From: a virus
Virus record (IMG/VR): IMGVR_UViG_3300021424_002547
Location: 1 to 64,000 of that record
Reading direction: 5' to 3' (one strand)
DNA: 64,000 bases
The position numbers and the translations under genes were made by a program. This document shows positions 46,706 through 57,269 of this stretch, in pieces. The notes beneath the pieces were generated by a model that saw nothing but the letters and a program-made list of their open reading frames with translations, was not told where the DNA came from and did no database searches. The stretch's first letter is position 1. Each line of letters opens with the position of its first letter.

Positions 46706-47179
46706 ATGGACGACAAAGACAAAATAATTGGCAATGAAGATACTATGATCAATATCGATTATCTCGGTGGTGCCGCTGGACAATCTGTTCTGAGTTTTGA
46801 TTGTTCAGATACCATAACTTTAGATACATCGATAACCTCACCTTGTACTATCACCATACCAGGATACAGTGCGCACTACAATTACCCTAATACATTTACT
46901 ACCAGCAGCGGATCTGGCTATACGCTAGGTGGAAGTATTCTCAACGACGGTATAGTTAGTATAGGTAATGACGGTATTGATATCCGAGAAGGCGGGGACA
47001 TCAAGATCGGAAACCAAAGCCTCAAAGAATTTATGACGAAAATGGAACAGCGACTGGCTATCCTAGTTCCAGATCCTGCCAAATTAGAAAAATTTGAAGC
47101 ACTTAAAAAAGCCTATGAGCATTACAAAACCATGGAAAGCCTCTGTTTCGACGAACCGATCGATGATGAAAACAAATGA
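46706..47179 (+). CDS. hypothetical phage protein
   Basis: Ser/Thr-rich N-terminus, RLAIL.P....E....LK. Confidence 0.65.
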   Translation: MDDKDKIIGNEDTMINIDYLGGAAGQSVLSFDCSDTITLDTSITSPCTITIPGYSAHYNYPNTFTTSSGSGYTLGGSILNDGIVSIGNDGIDIREGGDIKIGNQSLKEFMTKMEQRLAILVPDPAKLEKFEALKKAYEHYKTMESLCFDEPIDDENK

Positions 47180-47727
47180 TAAAAGTCTACGATGATCTCA
47201 TTCCTGTACATCTGCAGGATTTTTTTGAATTATCTATCCTAGGACGCACCGACAGAGAAGACGAATGCCTACATCCCACCATAGATCTTCGTTGCAAATA
47301 CGAAAGCACGTCTAGGGAAAACGACCATACTCCGATAAGTTTTACGCACGTATTAAAATCCAGTTCTAAAGTTTCGAATCACCTAGATAATTTTGGTCTC
47401 ATTCCGCAGATCGTTTGCAGCGAAGAAAATGCTATCCTTAGAGAAATAATCACCGCAAGGATCTTTCTGACCGTTCCCCATAAGACAGACTTAAAAAATT
47501 ATGCTGCGCATACCGATTTTGATTTCCCGCATCATGTCTGTCTTTATTATGTAAACAACGCAGATGGACCTACAGCATTCTATGATCAGGAAGGAAAAGT
47601 CGTCGATGAAGTAATGCCTAAAAAGGGCAGAGTAATATTCTTCGATGGATTGATCAAACACGGTGGTGGAATACCTAGGAATGGCCCTAGATGCATCGTT
47701 AACTATGATATTTTAATAAAGGAATAA
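47176..47727 (+). CDS. 2OG-Fe(II) oxygenase-like protein
   Basis: HTD...LYYVN.ADG.T...PKKGR..FFDG..H. Confidence 0.75.
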   Translation: MIKVYDDLIPVHLQDFFELSILGRTDREDECLHPTIDLRCKYESTSRENDHTPISFTHVLKSSSKVSNHLDNFGLIPQIVCSEENAILREIITARIFLTVPHKTDLKNYAAHTDFDFPHHVCLYYVNNADGPTAFYDQEGKVVDEVMPKKGRVIFFDGLIKHGGGIPRNGPRCIVNYDILIKE

Positions 47728-47728
47728 C

Positions 47729-48412
47729 ATGAATGTTCGCTTGGTATCCTATTCAAAACCCTCAGATGAATTTGCAGTCCTCGGTATCCAAGATGCGCAG
47801 GAACTCATCGCGTTCTGCGCCCGTGTCAGCAATCCCGCAAACCAATTCAATTCAGAGACATCAGAGAAGCTTATCCGATATCTTATTAAACACGCACACT
47901 GGAGCCCCCTCGAGATGGTCTCTGCTTGCTTGGAAATCACGACGACTAGAGACATCGCAAGACAGATCCTTAGACACAGATCGTTCAGTTTTCAAGAGTT
48001 CTCACAGCGATATGCTAACCCTGTCGAGGATCTTAATTTCCACATTAGAGAAGCACGGTTGCAGGACACAAGAAACAGACAGAACAGTGTCGAATTGGAT
48101 ATGCAAGACCCCAAACAAAGAGAACTTGCACGTCTATGGGCGGAAAAACAACAGACTGTCATTAGAGCCAGTAGAGAAGCCTACACTTGGGCTGTATCTA
48201 ACGGTATAGCCAAGGAGCAGGCTCGCTGTGTCTTACCGGAAGGCAATACTGAAAGCCGGCTGTATATGAACGGCACACTGCGTTCATGGATCCATTATAT
48301 AGAATTACGTGCAGCCAATGGTACCCAAAAGGAGCACATGGACATCGCCCGAGCCTGTGCCGAAACCATAGCCAAAGTATTTCCAATGGCAGAATCATTA
48401 ATTTCCAATTGA
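47729..48412 (+). CDS. thyX: flavin-dependent thymidylate synthase
   Basis: RHRSFSFQEFSQRY motif, HWSP.EM, G.AKEQAR.VLP. Confidence 0.95.
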   Translation: MNVRLVSYSKPSDEFAVLGIQDAQELIAFCARVSNPANQFNSETSEKLIRYLIKHAHWSPLEMVSACLEITTTRDIARQILRHRSFSFQEFSQRYANPVEDLNFHIREARLQDTRNRQNSVELDMQDPKQRELARLWAEKQQTVIRASREAYTWAVSNGIAKEQARCVLPEGNTESRLYMNGTLRSWIHYIELRAANGTQKEHMDIARACAETIAKVFPMAESLISN

Positions 48413-48414
48413 TA

Positions 48415-48443
48415 TTGACAGGTTTTTAAAGATCTCGTATAAT
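48415..48443 (+). promoter_or_regulatory. sigma70 consensus promoter
   Basis: TTGACA-N17-TATAAT. Confidence 0.85.
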
Positions 48444-48470
48444 TAAGTTGTTCGACATAGAGAAAATATT

Positions 48471-49295
48471 ATGAGAGCAAACTACTGGTCATGTTCACGG
48501 TTCGCAGATTGGCTGCGGGGTACCGCTAAAATCAAAGCGGGCACCGGCAAAGAATGGCGCCTCTGGGAAGAAGAGGCCAAAACTAGCCATCCCATCCGTT
48601 ATTGGATCGTCGAAGAGGGTCTCGATTACCTCCAAAATTTCGTCAATTGGCCCGCGGATCGACTTAATGACATCCGCTATTATATCAACAATCGCTGGGT
48701 CAGCCATACTCACAGGCTTACTGCTCATCCTAGAGATATCAAACCAGGGTCCTGGTCAGACGTAGGAAATCGTTTCTTGCCTTGCTTGTTTAACGAACTA
48801 GTCGATTTTGTAGAAATCGAGCAGGCTTGGCATCATGTACTGTGGGACAAAGAAGCACGTGAAAAATATCAGACACCTTGGAGTCGAAATTTCTTTCGTT
48901 TTCGTACGTGGCGCTGTTCAGAAGCAGGCGTCGATCACTTGAAGTGGGCTATGACACTGACTAACGAAGAATTCTTAGACGAAGATGAGAAGCATCTAGC
49001 AGAACCTACCTATCAGGCCAAAGCAGCCAAAGAAATTCTAGAACTTTATACTTGGTGGAAAGAAGTCTATCCAAATCGTCCAGATGTCCACGATGCTTCA
49101 GGATGGACTGCCTACTGCGAAATGCGCCGTGAAAAAGGTTATAAGTTTCTCGATATGGAAGATAAGACTCCTGAAGAAGCGGAGATGTGTAAAACCGCTC
49201 TTGACAAATCACAAGAGTTGGAATTACAATATGCTAAAGAAGATGAAGAAATGATGATCCGATTAATCAAAATAAGAGAAAGTCTGTGGACCTAA
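48471..49295 (+). CDS. conserved hypothetical phage protein
   Basis: Long Trp-rich ORF ending LIKIRESLWT. Confidence 0.75.
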   Translation: MRANYWSCSRFADWLRGTAKIKAGTGKEWRLWEEEAKTSHPIRYWIVEEGLDYLQNFVNWPADRLNDIRYYINNRWVSHTHRLTAHPRDIKPGSWSDVGNRFLPCLFNELVDFVEIEQAWHHVLWDKEAREKYQTPWSRNFFRFRTWRCSEAGVDHLKWAMTLTNEEFLDEDEKHLAEPTYQAKAAKEILELYTWWKEVYPNRPDVHDASGWTAYCEMRREKGYKFLDMEDKTPEEAEMCKTALDKSQELELQYAKEDEEMMIRLIKIRESLWT

Positions 49296-49486
49296 AAATC
49301 ATTTTCAATAAGATCCAATCAGCCTTTGATTGGCTAGAGGATAATTTCGAGCCCATTGAAAATCGCTGGTTGGTATTTCTAGTGGCCTGTTTTTTGATCA
49401 TCTTGTTCAAGGCCGGGGGTGCGACGGGTATATCTCTCCTTATAGGGTTGTTCTATATCATGTATTTCGTAACCCTAAAACGATGA
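49286..49486 (+). CDS. small membrane protein
   Basis: Two hydrophobic segments. Confidence 0.55.
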   Translation: MDLKIIFNKIQSAFDWLEDNFEPIENRWLVFLVACFLIILFKAGGATGISLLIGLFYIMYFVTLKR

Positions 49487-49683
49487 TGTCTTTCCGAAAT
49501 TGGGTACATAATCTCTGGCTCGAAAACTGCGAGGAGCGTCAGACGTATTCAGTTGGTGTTCGGCTTACTGAGCAGGAATACTTTCGAAGATTCAAGTGGT
49601 GGCTGCGCCGAGAGTGGCGGCATCGCCGGCAACAAGAAATTAAAAGGGAGAAGATAAATGAACGATTCAAACGATGGGCTTGA
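49483..49683 (+). CDS. hypothetical protein
   Basis: Coupled ORF. Confidence 0.6.
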   Translation: MMSFRNWVHNLWLENCEERQTYSVGVRLTEQEYFRRFKWWLRREWRHRRQQEIKREKINERFKRWA

Positions 49684-49891
49684 ACGTCTGTATCAGGATT
49701 ATTGGATGATTCATGCACAGAAATTGGAAAAACATGATCCTATAGAAGTGGCTGCGGTGCTCGTAGCACATGCTATGACATTATACAAGACCGTCCTAGA
49801 CGACGAGGATTATAATAAAATGGTTGACGATATTGGGCGCATGAGAGATCGAGTAAAAACACTAACACCAGAACAGGGGAACTATCACTAA
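49658..49891 (+). CDS. hypothetical protein
   Basis: GGGAG RBS. Confidence 0.6.
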   Translation: MNDSNDGLERLYQDYWMIHAQKLEKHDPIEVAAVLVAHAMTLYKTVLDDEDYNKMVDDIGRMRDRVKTLTPEQGNYH

Positions 49892-50322
49892 TGAACGCAC
49901 AAACTCCAGCAGAAGGCATCATGAAGGTAGGCGATTATGGCAACGCTAAATTTTATAAGGTCGCTTGTCAGTGTGGTAGCCACGATCACGATCTTGATTT
50001 TGAAGTCGAAGCAGAAGAACCCAATGTCAATGTTAACACCTATGTACGAGTAAAGACAGACTATTGGACAGAATCCGTCAAGAAGCGTTACGATATCGAT
50101 AATCCTTATCTACAAGAATTAGACTGGACTCTAAAGGATATCTTTAACGGACTTATTACCCGCTTGAAGTTGACCTGGACCGTTTGGACCAAAGGTTACG
50201 TCAAATGCGAAACCACTATCGCTATGACCAAGCAGCAGGCTCTCAACTACGCAGAGACTATCCGATCTGCGGTCAACGATGTAGAAACTTTCGAGAAAGC
50301 ACAGAAGAATGACTCCCAGTAA
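49891..50322 (+). CDS. hypothetical protein
   Basis: CQCG..DH motif; TAATG coupling. Confidence 0.65.
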   Translation: MNAQTPAEGIMKVGDYGNAKFYKVACQCGSHDHDLDFEVEAEEPNVNVNTYVRVKTDYWTESVKKRYDIDNPYLQELDWTLKDIFNGLITRLKLTWTVWTKGYVKCETTIAMTKQQALNYAETIRSAVNDVETFEKAQKNDSQ

Positions 50323-50875
50323 AAGCCCAGATCGGCATACCTTCCAACGAGAGGGCTATGAGAAGCGCCAGGCTGAAAAAGGCGAGCCTGTCAACGACGA
50401 TTATCTCGATATGTTCGCCAAGATCATCGAGGATCACAATTGCAAATGGGACGATCCTCAAAGCAAAGAACAGAATATGGAGTGGGATTTGGTTACCACA
50501 GATTGGATCCTAGCCAAGGTCCGTGCCGACGAAGCCTACGCACAGAATTTGTATGCGGCTATGTGTAATAACGGTTTCATTAAACTGGAAGTGATCCCCG
50601 TGCTAAAAGGAGAAGAATGGTCTTGCTCCTGGCGCTATGCCGGAGGCATCGTCGCGGACATGCGGCAAGAAGGAGATTACATCGATTGGTATTGCTCTGG
50701 TATCCGAGATACCTTCTATGCCGACACCAAAGACTATACCGAAGAACAATTAGCTAGATTAGACATAACTAAAAGATATGTAGGCGAAGGTTGCATCACC
50801 GACGAGATCCGGACAGATCTCCAGCGTCTTGGTTGGGCGGTGGCGCCCGATGGAGATTGGCAAAACTTTGAATAG
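50309..50875 (+). CDS. hypothetical phage protein
   Basis: YAQNLYAAMCNN, SWRYAGG, DWYCSG. Confidence 0.7.
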   Translation: MTPSKSPDRHTFQREGYEKRQAEKGEPVNDDYLDMFAKIIEDHNCKWDDPQSKEQNMEWDLVTTDWILAKVRADEAYAQNLYAAMCNNGFIKLEVIPVLKGEEWSCSWRYAGGIVADMRQEGDYIDWYCSGIRDTFYADTKDYTEEQLARLDITKRYVGEGCITDEIRTDLQRLGWAVAPDGDWQNFE

Positions 50876-50892
50876 GAGATAAGTGAAACAAA

Positions 50893-51084
50893 ATGACCTG
50901 GGAACTATACGAGGTCTGGTCCGACACAGATGGACATGAAGAATTGGTAGACACTACCAAAAGCCGTAAAGAAGCACAGGCACTAGCCAAAAAAACCTTG
51001 AACGAGGGCGCAGACGAAGTTTGGATCTGCCGAGAAACCGGAGACGGGGACTACGAAGAAGTGGATCGATTGACAAATGCCTAG
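50893..51084 (+). CDS. hypothetical protein
   Basis: AGGAG upstream. Confidence 0.55.
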   Translation: MTWELYEVWSDTDGHEELVDTTKSRKEAQALAKKTLNEGADEVWICRETGDGDYEEVDRLTNA

Positions 51085-51098
51085 CCAGGCAGTATAAT
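51070..51098 (+). promoter_or_regulatory. sigma70 consensus promoter
   Basis: TTGACA-N17-TATAAT. Confidence 0.85.
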
Positions 51099-51130
51099 TA
51101 TTATATTAACTAGACAAGGAGCAGATCTAA

Positions 51131-52315
51131 ATGGCTGGCAAATCCAATCGTAAAAATTCCATCGCCGCATTGAAAACCGTACATCGCGAAAAACGAGTGC
51201 GTGATCTCAGTCCGAAATGGGATGGACAGGAAACTTGGACTACCGATCAGTTTCTAAAGTTTTTCAAAGACAGCATGGACTATTATCGTTTGGAAAAGTC
51301 TAACAAGGATCTCAAGCCCGAAGTGATCAATTGGATGGGCACAAACGGCTATACCAAGGACCAGATCAAGGCCTTTAAAGATACTAAAGATCACCGCTGT
51401 AACAATACCACAGGTGCTATCGCAGCCAATCTCAATCGTGGCATGCCACCGGTACGCAGTGATTTCAACAATGGCAAGAATACCGCGCTTTGGTTAGGCA
51501 ATCAGATCACAGAAATCCTAGAAGCAGGCAAGAATGACTACGAACTCGAAGTCGTAGACAACAGGCCCGCGGTTCCGCAGATCTCTATCCAGGATCGCTT
51601 GCGAGAAGCATCATATGCCATGACAGACGAAATCGAAGAGGCGCTGGATAGTTTCAGCCGAGATTATGAAAATTTCAATCCTAAACAGTTCAAAGTGCTG
51701 AATCTGCTCAAAGGCAAGCAGGCCAAAGCCGCACACGCTCGTATTATCCGCGATATCTATGCTTCGCAGTTAGCAGAATACGAAGAAGTCCTAGAAGGGT
51801 CGTGTCCACAACTCAAAGAGGGCTATGCTCATATCTCTAAGAAAAACATCAAGAAAATCATCGAATTCTATCAAGAAATCACCACAGCCTGCGAAATGTT
51901 GATGCAGGAAGCCAAGGTCAATAAAAAACCTCGGGTCCGCAAGGCTGTGCCCACCGAGAAAATCGTAGCCAAACTCAAATACTGCAAGAGCAACGAGCCT
52001 ATGAAACTAGTTTCCGTGAATCCCACAGAGATCGTAGGCAGCAAAGAACTGTGGATCTACAACACCAAAACCCGCAAACTAGGCAAATATGTAGCCGCAG
52101 AGTACCAAGAATTAACGGTCAAGGGCACATCTATCGTCAATTTCGATGCTAATCTCAGCAAACAGAAAAATCTGCGCAGGCCCGAAGAGCAACTCAAAGA
52201 GTTCAAGGCCGCGGGCAAAGTGGCTCTACGACGGTTCCTAGAAGATATCAAAGCCGTAGATATCAAACTCAACGGACGCATCAACGAAGACACTGTGCTG
52301 TTGAAAGTACAATAA
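51131..52315 (+). CDS. conserved myovirus hypothetical protein
   Basis: C-terminal SVNP..I.G..ELW.YNTKTRKL...LR.PEE.L...GRINE. Confidence 0.7.
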   Translation: MAGKSNRKNSIAALKTVHREKRVRDLSPKWDGQETWTTDQFLKFFKDSMDYYRLEKSNKDLKPEVINWMGTNGYTKDQIKAFKDTKDHRCNNTTGAIAANLNRGMPPVRSDFNNGKNTALWLGNQITEILEAGKNDYELEVVDNRPAVPQISIQDRLREASYAMTDEIEEALDSFSRDYENFNPKQFKVLNLLKGKQAKAAHARIIRDIYASQLAEYEEVLEGSCPQLKEGYAHISKKNIKKIIEFYQEITTACEMLMQEAKVNKKPRVRKAVPTEKIVAKLKYCKSNEPMKLVSVNPTEIVGSKELWIYNTKTRKLGKYVAAEYQELTVKGTSIVNFDANLSKQKNLRRPEEQLKEFKAAGKVALRRFLEDIKAVDIKLNGRINEDTVLLKVQ

Positions 52316-52345
52316 TGATTATTTTAAGGATTGATAAATACTGGT

Positions 52346-53221
52346 ATGAACAATACCAATCTCGATCAATCCTTGACAGATCTCAATAAAATAATCAAAG
52401 ATCTGGCGGCTGCCGCACACCAGCCCGTAGCGCAAGAAGTAACACAATTTCTAGAGTTTAGAGCCAAAAAAGGCGAGAATAACAATGGTAAGGGTGTTAT
52501 CTGGAGCGGTGATGGATACACCAAACAATTCATTTTTGCCGCCAATCCAGACAAATTTTTCAGTTCTGAAAGCATCGATCTAAACAAAGGCAAATCTCTA
52601 AGCATAGGAAATGTAAAAGTATTAGATGAAAAAGAACTGGGTCCTAACGTAGTAAAAAGCAATCTACAACAGGTCGGACGATTAAAAGGTTTGATCGTCG
52701 ACGGTTCTGTCAGTATCAATCAATATCTTATCTACAATGCCGCCACTGATCGATTGGGCATCGGAACAGAGGCTCCTAATGCTGCCTTATCTGTGGCTGA
52801 AAATGCCATAGAAGTGATGCTGGGGACCAACGACGAATTTCATGGTATGGTTGGCACTTATGCATCTACTGATTTTGATATCGTCACGGATAATACCACT
52901 AGAATCAATATCGGCGCCAATGGAAACATCCTATTAGGTAATTTTTCCAGAAATCCCATACAGGTTTCTATCAATGGTAAATTATCTATAGGCGTTAAGA
53001 ATCCAGATCCCACAGTAGATTTACATGTGGCAGGATCAGTGAGGTTCGCCAATCATCTCCAAACATATGGAGCAGCACCTCCCAGTGAAGGCACACATGC
53101 AATGGGCGATATCGTATGGAATAGTTCTCCAAGAGTCGGTGCTGGAATTGGTTGGGTTTGTCTGAGAGCAGGCAGCCCAGGTGCCTGGTATCCCTTCGGC
53201 GAAATCAAAGAAAGAGGTTAA
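52346..53221 (+). CDS. putative virion structural protein
   Basis: Beta/Gly-rich, GIGT..P, GDIVWN..P...GW.C...G.PG.W; late-type TAAATA upstream. Confidence 0.6.
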   Translation: MNNTNLDQSLTDLNKIIKDLAAAAHQPVAQEVTQFLEFRAKKGENNNGKGVIWSGDGYTKQFIFAANPDKFFSSESIDLNKGKSLSIGNVKVLDEKELGPNVVKSNLQQVGRLKGLIVDGSVSINQYLIYNAATDRLGIGTEAPNAALSVAENAIEVMLGTNDEFHGMVGTYASTDFDIVTDNTTRINIGANGNILLGNFSRNPIQVSINGKLSIGVKNPDPTVDLHVAGSVRFANHLQTYGAAPPSEGTHAMGDIVWNSSPRVGAGIGWVCLRAGSPGAWYPFGEIKERG

Positions 53222-53222
53222 T

Positions 53223-53885
53223 ATGCAGGCCCTAGCGATAGGGAACGGCGAAAGCCGTCGCAACATTGATATCAGTAGTTTTCAAAATCACACATTAATT
53301 GGTTGCAATGCCATACACAGAGAGTTTCAAGTAGATCATCTCATCTGTTGCGATCAACGCATGGTGCGAGAAGCCGTCGAAAATCCAAACACAATCAATA
53401 CTACTATCTATGTCCGGGATCTATGGTATCATTATTTCCGGAAGATACGCAAAAATAAAAATATAAGCCTACTGCCCGATCTTCCATACAAAGGAGATCG
53501 TAGACACGACCAACCTATACATTGGGGGAGTGGTTGTTACGCTGTGTTATTGGCTGCATTATTAGAGCATCGGGAGGTTTCTATGATAGGGTTTGATCTC
53601 TATGCCAGGGAAGATCGAGTAAACAATATTTACAAGGGCACTGCTAATTATGCTGGAATAAATTCGTCTCCGGTTGATCCAGCCTATTGGGTTTATCAAA
53701 TAGGACAGGTCTTCCATTATTTTCCCGATACTATTTTTAACATCTATAATTTTAGAGAATGGTCTATCCCGAAAGATTGGCAAAAAAATAACGTTCAGTT
53801 AATACCTATAAATATTGACACAGCATTCAATACATCTTATAATAATTCATCAGCGGTCTTCAATGGCATTCACCCCGCTTTATAA
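53223..53885 (+). CDS. DUF115/MptE-like or glycosyltransferase-like Rossmann protein
   Basis: IGNGESR, GCNA, WGSG, IGFD. Confidence 0.5.
   Translation: MQALAIGNGESRRNIDISSFQNHTLIGCNAIHREFQVDHLICCDQRMVREAVENPNTINTTIYVRDLWYHYFRKIRKNKNISLLPDLPYKGDRRHDQPIHWGSGCYAVLLAALLEHREVSMIGFDLYAREDRVNNIYKGTANYAGINSSPVDPAYWVYQIGQVFHYFPDTIFNIYNFREWSIPKDWQKNNVQLIPINIDTAFNTSYNNSSAVFNGIHPAL
53815..53843 (+). promoter_or_regulatory. sigma70 consensus promoter of queD
   Basis: TTGACA-N17-TATAAT. Confidence 0.85.
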
Positions 53886-53900
53886 ATTCTGCATGTCATC
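53852..53900 (+). promoter_or_regulatory. candidate preQ1-I-like riboswitch (H-type pseudoknot)
   Basis: P1 AGCGG/CCGCT, loop ..GGCATTCACC, A/T-rich tail then TGC/ATGTCAT able to pair with loop; 5' UTR of queD. Confidence 0.5.
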
Positions 53901-53930
53901 AAACTTGCTCATTTATAAAGGAGACTAGAG

Positions 53931-54437
53931 ATGGCAAATTTCCAACCAGTGACATACAAATATGTCAGCACCAAAGAATATCACGATTCATTTCCCTGTG
54001 CTTATCGACAATGGCGTGCCGATAGTCACTGCAATCTGATACACGGTTACAGTTTTTCGATGAAGTTTAATTTCGGAACCGACGACCTCGATGTACGTAA
54101 TTGGGCTGCTGACTATGGCGGACTCAAAGAATTAAAAGGTATCCTCGAAGATCAGTTTGACCATACGCTTCTTGTGGCTGAAGACGATCCTGAACTCGAA
54201 ACATTTAAACTTCTGCAAGAAAAGAAAATGGCCAAACTTACTATACTTCCTCGACTAGGGTGCGAAGGTTTGGCAGACATGCTGTACAAATATGTCAACG
54301 GTGTTTATATCCCCGATATGTGGGGGGCAGGAGAAGCAGAAAGACTTTGGTGTTTCCGCGTAGAAGTGAGAGAAACTCAGAGCAACATGGCTTTCCGAGA
54401 AGGTCATAGATGTTGGAATGAAGAGTTGTTAGGATGA
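53931..54437 (+). CDS. queD: 6-pyruvoyl-tetrahydropterin synthase / 6-carboxytetrahydropterin synthase
   Basis: C..IHGY, DYGGLK, FDHT, E..A, VEVRET. Confidence 0.8.
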   Translation: MANFQPVTYKYVSTKEYHDSFPCAYRQWRADSHCNLIHGYSFSMKFNFGTDDLDVRNWAADYGGLKELKGILEDQFDHTLLVAEDDPELETFKLLQEKKMAKLTILPRLGCEGLADMLYKYVNGVYIPDMWGAGEAERLWCFRVEVRETQSNMAFREGHRCWNEELLG

Positions 54438-55615
54438 AGATAGCCGTAGTTGGTGCTGGTATCACAGGAATAACTGCCGCCTACTACCTGGCAAAAGATG
54501 GTCACGAAGTAACAGTCTACGATCAAGAACCATATCCTGCGATGCGTACTAGCTATGCCAACGGAGGTCAAATATCTGTATCTAATTCAGAAACTTGGAA
54601 TACTTGGGCCAACGTCGCTAAGGGATTCAAATGGATGTTTACTCAAGATGCTCCTCTCTTGATACGTCCTGATCTAGATCTAGACAAATATGCATGGCTG
54701 ATGCGATTCCTATGGCACACGCTGAATGGTTCTCAGAGACAGAACACCATAGATACTATCAATCTAGGTCTAGAAGCTAGATCATTGTACAAAGATATCA
54801 TCCAATCGGAAGGGCTAGAGTTCGATCAGAGTTACTGTGGTATCTTGCACTTTTATAAAAATCAACGATATTTTGACGCCGCTGTTGACATCAAAGGCCT
54901 CTACGAAACCAACGGCAGCGAATGGGATATCGTAGATCTCGAGAAGATCATAGACATAGAACCCGCACTGAAATCCAGTTCCGGTATCATAGGAGGAGCA
55001 TGGACTGCCAGTGATTGGACTGGCGATATACATAAATTCTGCTACGATCTCTCAGAAACTATGACAGAAAAATATCAGGTAGAATTCCAGTTCAACGTCA
55101 AAGTAGAAGATCTACAGGAATTGAAAGCCTACTATGATGCGGTGGTAGTCTCCAATGGTGTAGGCAGCGTAAAGTCCGCTAGAATGGTCGGTGATGATCT
55201 GCCTATCTATCCTGTCAAAGGCTACAGCATAACCATTGAGCTCGATGACCAGAGTCTTGAACATGCCCCATCAGTCAGCCTGTTAGACGATGAAGCCAAG
55301 ATCGTCACGGCGAAACTAGGTCGTAGATTGCGAGTAGCAGGCACTGCGGAGCTCTGTGGTGAGAATTACGATATACGGAGATCCAGGATCGAACCCCTGT
55401 TGAGATGGGTCCATGAAAATTTCCCCGAGATCAACACCTCTCAATATTCCAGTTGGGCCTGCCTGAGACCTATGACTCCAAACATGATGCCCATAGTCCG
55501 GCAGAGCTCACGAGAACCTAAAATATTTTATCACACTGGACATGGTCATCTAGGGTGGACCATAAGTCCAGCCACAGCTAAAAAATTGGTTAAATTATTA
55601 TATGAAAAACTTTAA
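54434..55615 (+). CDS. dadA: D-amino acid dehydrogenase
   Basis: [44 protein letters not shown]. Confidence 0.9.
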   Translation: MKIAVVGAGITGITAAYYLAKDGHEVTVYDQEPYPAMRTSYANGGQISVSNSETWNTWANVAKGFKWMFTQDAPLLIRPDLDLDKYAWLMRFLWHTLNGSQRQNTIDTINLGLEARSLYKDIIQSEGLEFDQSYCGILHFYKNQRYFDAAVDIKGLYETNGSEWDIVDLEKIIDIEPALKSSSGIIGGAWTASDWTGDIHKFCYDLSETMTEKYQVEFQFNVKVEDLQELKAYYDAVVVSNGVGSVKSARMVGDDLPIYPVKGYSITIELDDQSLEHAPSVSLLDDEAKIVTAKLGRRLRVAGTAELCGENYDIRRSRIEPLLRWVHENFPEINTSQYSSWACLRPMTPNMMPIVRQSSREPKIFYHTGHGHLGWTISPATAKKLVKLLYEKL

Positions 55616-56426
55616 TATTGGCAAAACAGTGGCCAGCAATGAGAATAAAATTTTCCTCATCGCAGGCCCATGTCAAATAGAATCAGACACTCATGCTCAA
55701 CATCTCGCAGGATCTATCAAAGAAATCTGCGACGAACTAGACATAGATCTCATATACAAAAGCAGTTTCGACAAAGCTAATAGATCCAGCATCGATACCA
55801 AAAGAGGCGTAGGTATCGATCGAGGACTGCAGATATTAAATGATGTAAAAAAGAAATTTGATCTATCAATTTTAACAGACATACACGAAACAAATCAGGC
55901 TACAGAAGTCGCTGCCGCAGGTGTTGATGTTCTACAGATTCCCGCTTTCCTGTGCCGGCAGACTGACCTATTGCTGGCTGCGGGCAAGACCGGATGCGCC
56001 ATTAACGTAAAGAAAGGCCAGTTTCTCGCACCTCACGATATGAAGAACGTTGCTGAAAAAATCGCCTCCACTGGCAATGAAAGGATAATGTTATGCGAAA
56101 GAGGTTACACTCATGGATACAATAACTTGGTTGTGGATATGCGTAGTCTACCCATTATGGCAAGCACCGGGTATCCGGTGGTCTTTGATGCCACACATTC
56201 TGTACAGCAGCCTGGAGGAATGGGAACGAAATCAGGCGGAGATCGCGAAATGGTGCCCTACCTGGCGAGGGCTGCTGTAGCCACGGGCTGTGTAGCAGGA
56301 GTGTTCATGGAAGTGCATGAGGATCCTGATCGTGCTCCTTCAGATGGTCCTAACATGGTCAATATAAAAAATCTCTATGAGATTTTAGAAAAATTGCTAG
56401 AAATTGATAAAATAGTAAAAATATAA
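55602..56426 (+). CDS. kdsA: KDO-8-phosphate synthase
   Basis: [45 protein letters not shown]. Confidence 0.95.
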   Translation: MKNFNIGKTVASNENKIFLIAGPCQIESDTHAQHLAGSIKEICDELDIDLIYKSSFDKANRSSIDTKRGVGIDRGLQILNDVKKKFDLSILTDIHETNQATEVAAAGVDVLQIPAFLCRQTDLLLAAGKTGCAINVKKGQFLAPHDMKNVAEKIASTGNERIMLCERGYTHGYNNLVVDMRSLPIMASTGYPVVFDATHSVQQPGGMGTKSGGDREMVPYLARAAVATGCVAGVFMEVHEDPDRAPSDGPNMVNIKNLYEILEKLLEIDKIVKI

Positions 56427-57251
56427 ATGGAACACGATAGAGGTCTTCTTAAAGAAATCCTTAACAAGCAGCAATGGAAACATTATAAAAGTACAGGAGA
56501 ATTGCCTCCTGATTTCGTATATCCAGAAGCCGAACCTATCCCAACAGACCCTACGGATTTTATCACTGTGCTCTGCGTGAGATTCGGCAACAAATATGGT
56601 CCGGAGTATGTAGAAAAATTGCGTAACATGGTCGCTAGGCACTTAACGATACCATATGAGTTCTGCTGCCTCACAGATGACCAACATCCGATCGAAGGTG
56701 TGAGATCTATAATTAGACCCAACGAAGGTTACACTAAAGGTTGGTGGCACAAGGTTCATATGTTCGATCCCAATCTAGAGTTGAAAGGCAGAGTATTATA
56801 TATGGATCTCGATGTTATCATACATGATAACATCAATAGATTAGTCGTTGGTCAAGAAAAACGCTTTATGGGAATCAGAGATTTCAATAGAAAATTCAAT
56901 CCTAATTGGAATATCCTCAATAGTTCGGTGATGAGTTGGCCAGCAGGACTACATCCCGATATTTTTACTACCTTTAAAACTGATCCAAAAAAAGCCCAAA
57001 GATTACACGGGGATCAAGATTGGATCTGGCAGGTAGCCAAATCTCGCATTACCTTTTGGCCGGATCGATGGATACTTAGTTACAAGTGGGAAGTCAGAGA
57101 TCGCAGTGAAATTTTATATTCGGGAATTCAGCGAACATTCAAATCTATAAGGAATGCTCCGATACCTAGAGATTGTTCGATATGTGTATTTCATGGAGAT
57201 CCAAATCCCCATGATATAAAAGATCCATATGTTGTTGACAACTGGCGTTGA
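56427..57251 (+). CDS. glycosyltransferase (GT-A, DxD)
   Basis: G.KY..EYV..L, WW.K, YMDLD, NSSVM, GDQ, FHG.P.P. Confidence 0.8.
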   Translation: MEHDRGLLKEILNKQQWKHYKSTGELPPDFVYPEAEPIPTDPTDFITVLCVRFGNKYGPEYVEKLRNMVARHLTIPYEFCCLTDDQHPIEGVRSIIRPNEGYTKGWWHKVHMFDPNLELKGRVLYMDLDVIIHDNINRLVVGQEKRFMGIRDFNRKFNPNWNILNSSVMSWPAGLHPDIFTTFKTDPKKAQRLHGDQDWIWQVAKSRITFWPDRWILSYKWEVRDRSEILYSGIQRTFKSIRNAPIPRDCSICVFHGDPNPHDIKDPYVVDNWR

Positions 57252-57263
57252 TCATAATATAAT
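57235..57263 (+). promoter_or_regulatory. sigma70 consensus promoter, leaderless uvsE
   Basis: TTGACA-N17-TATAAT with ATG 6 nt after -10. Confidence 0.8.
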
Positions 57264-57269
57264 AATACT

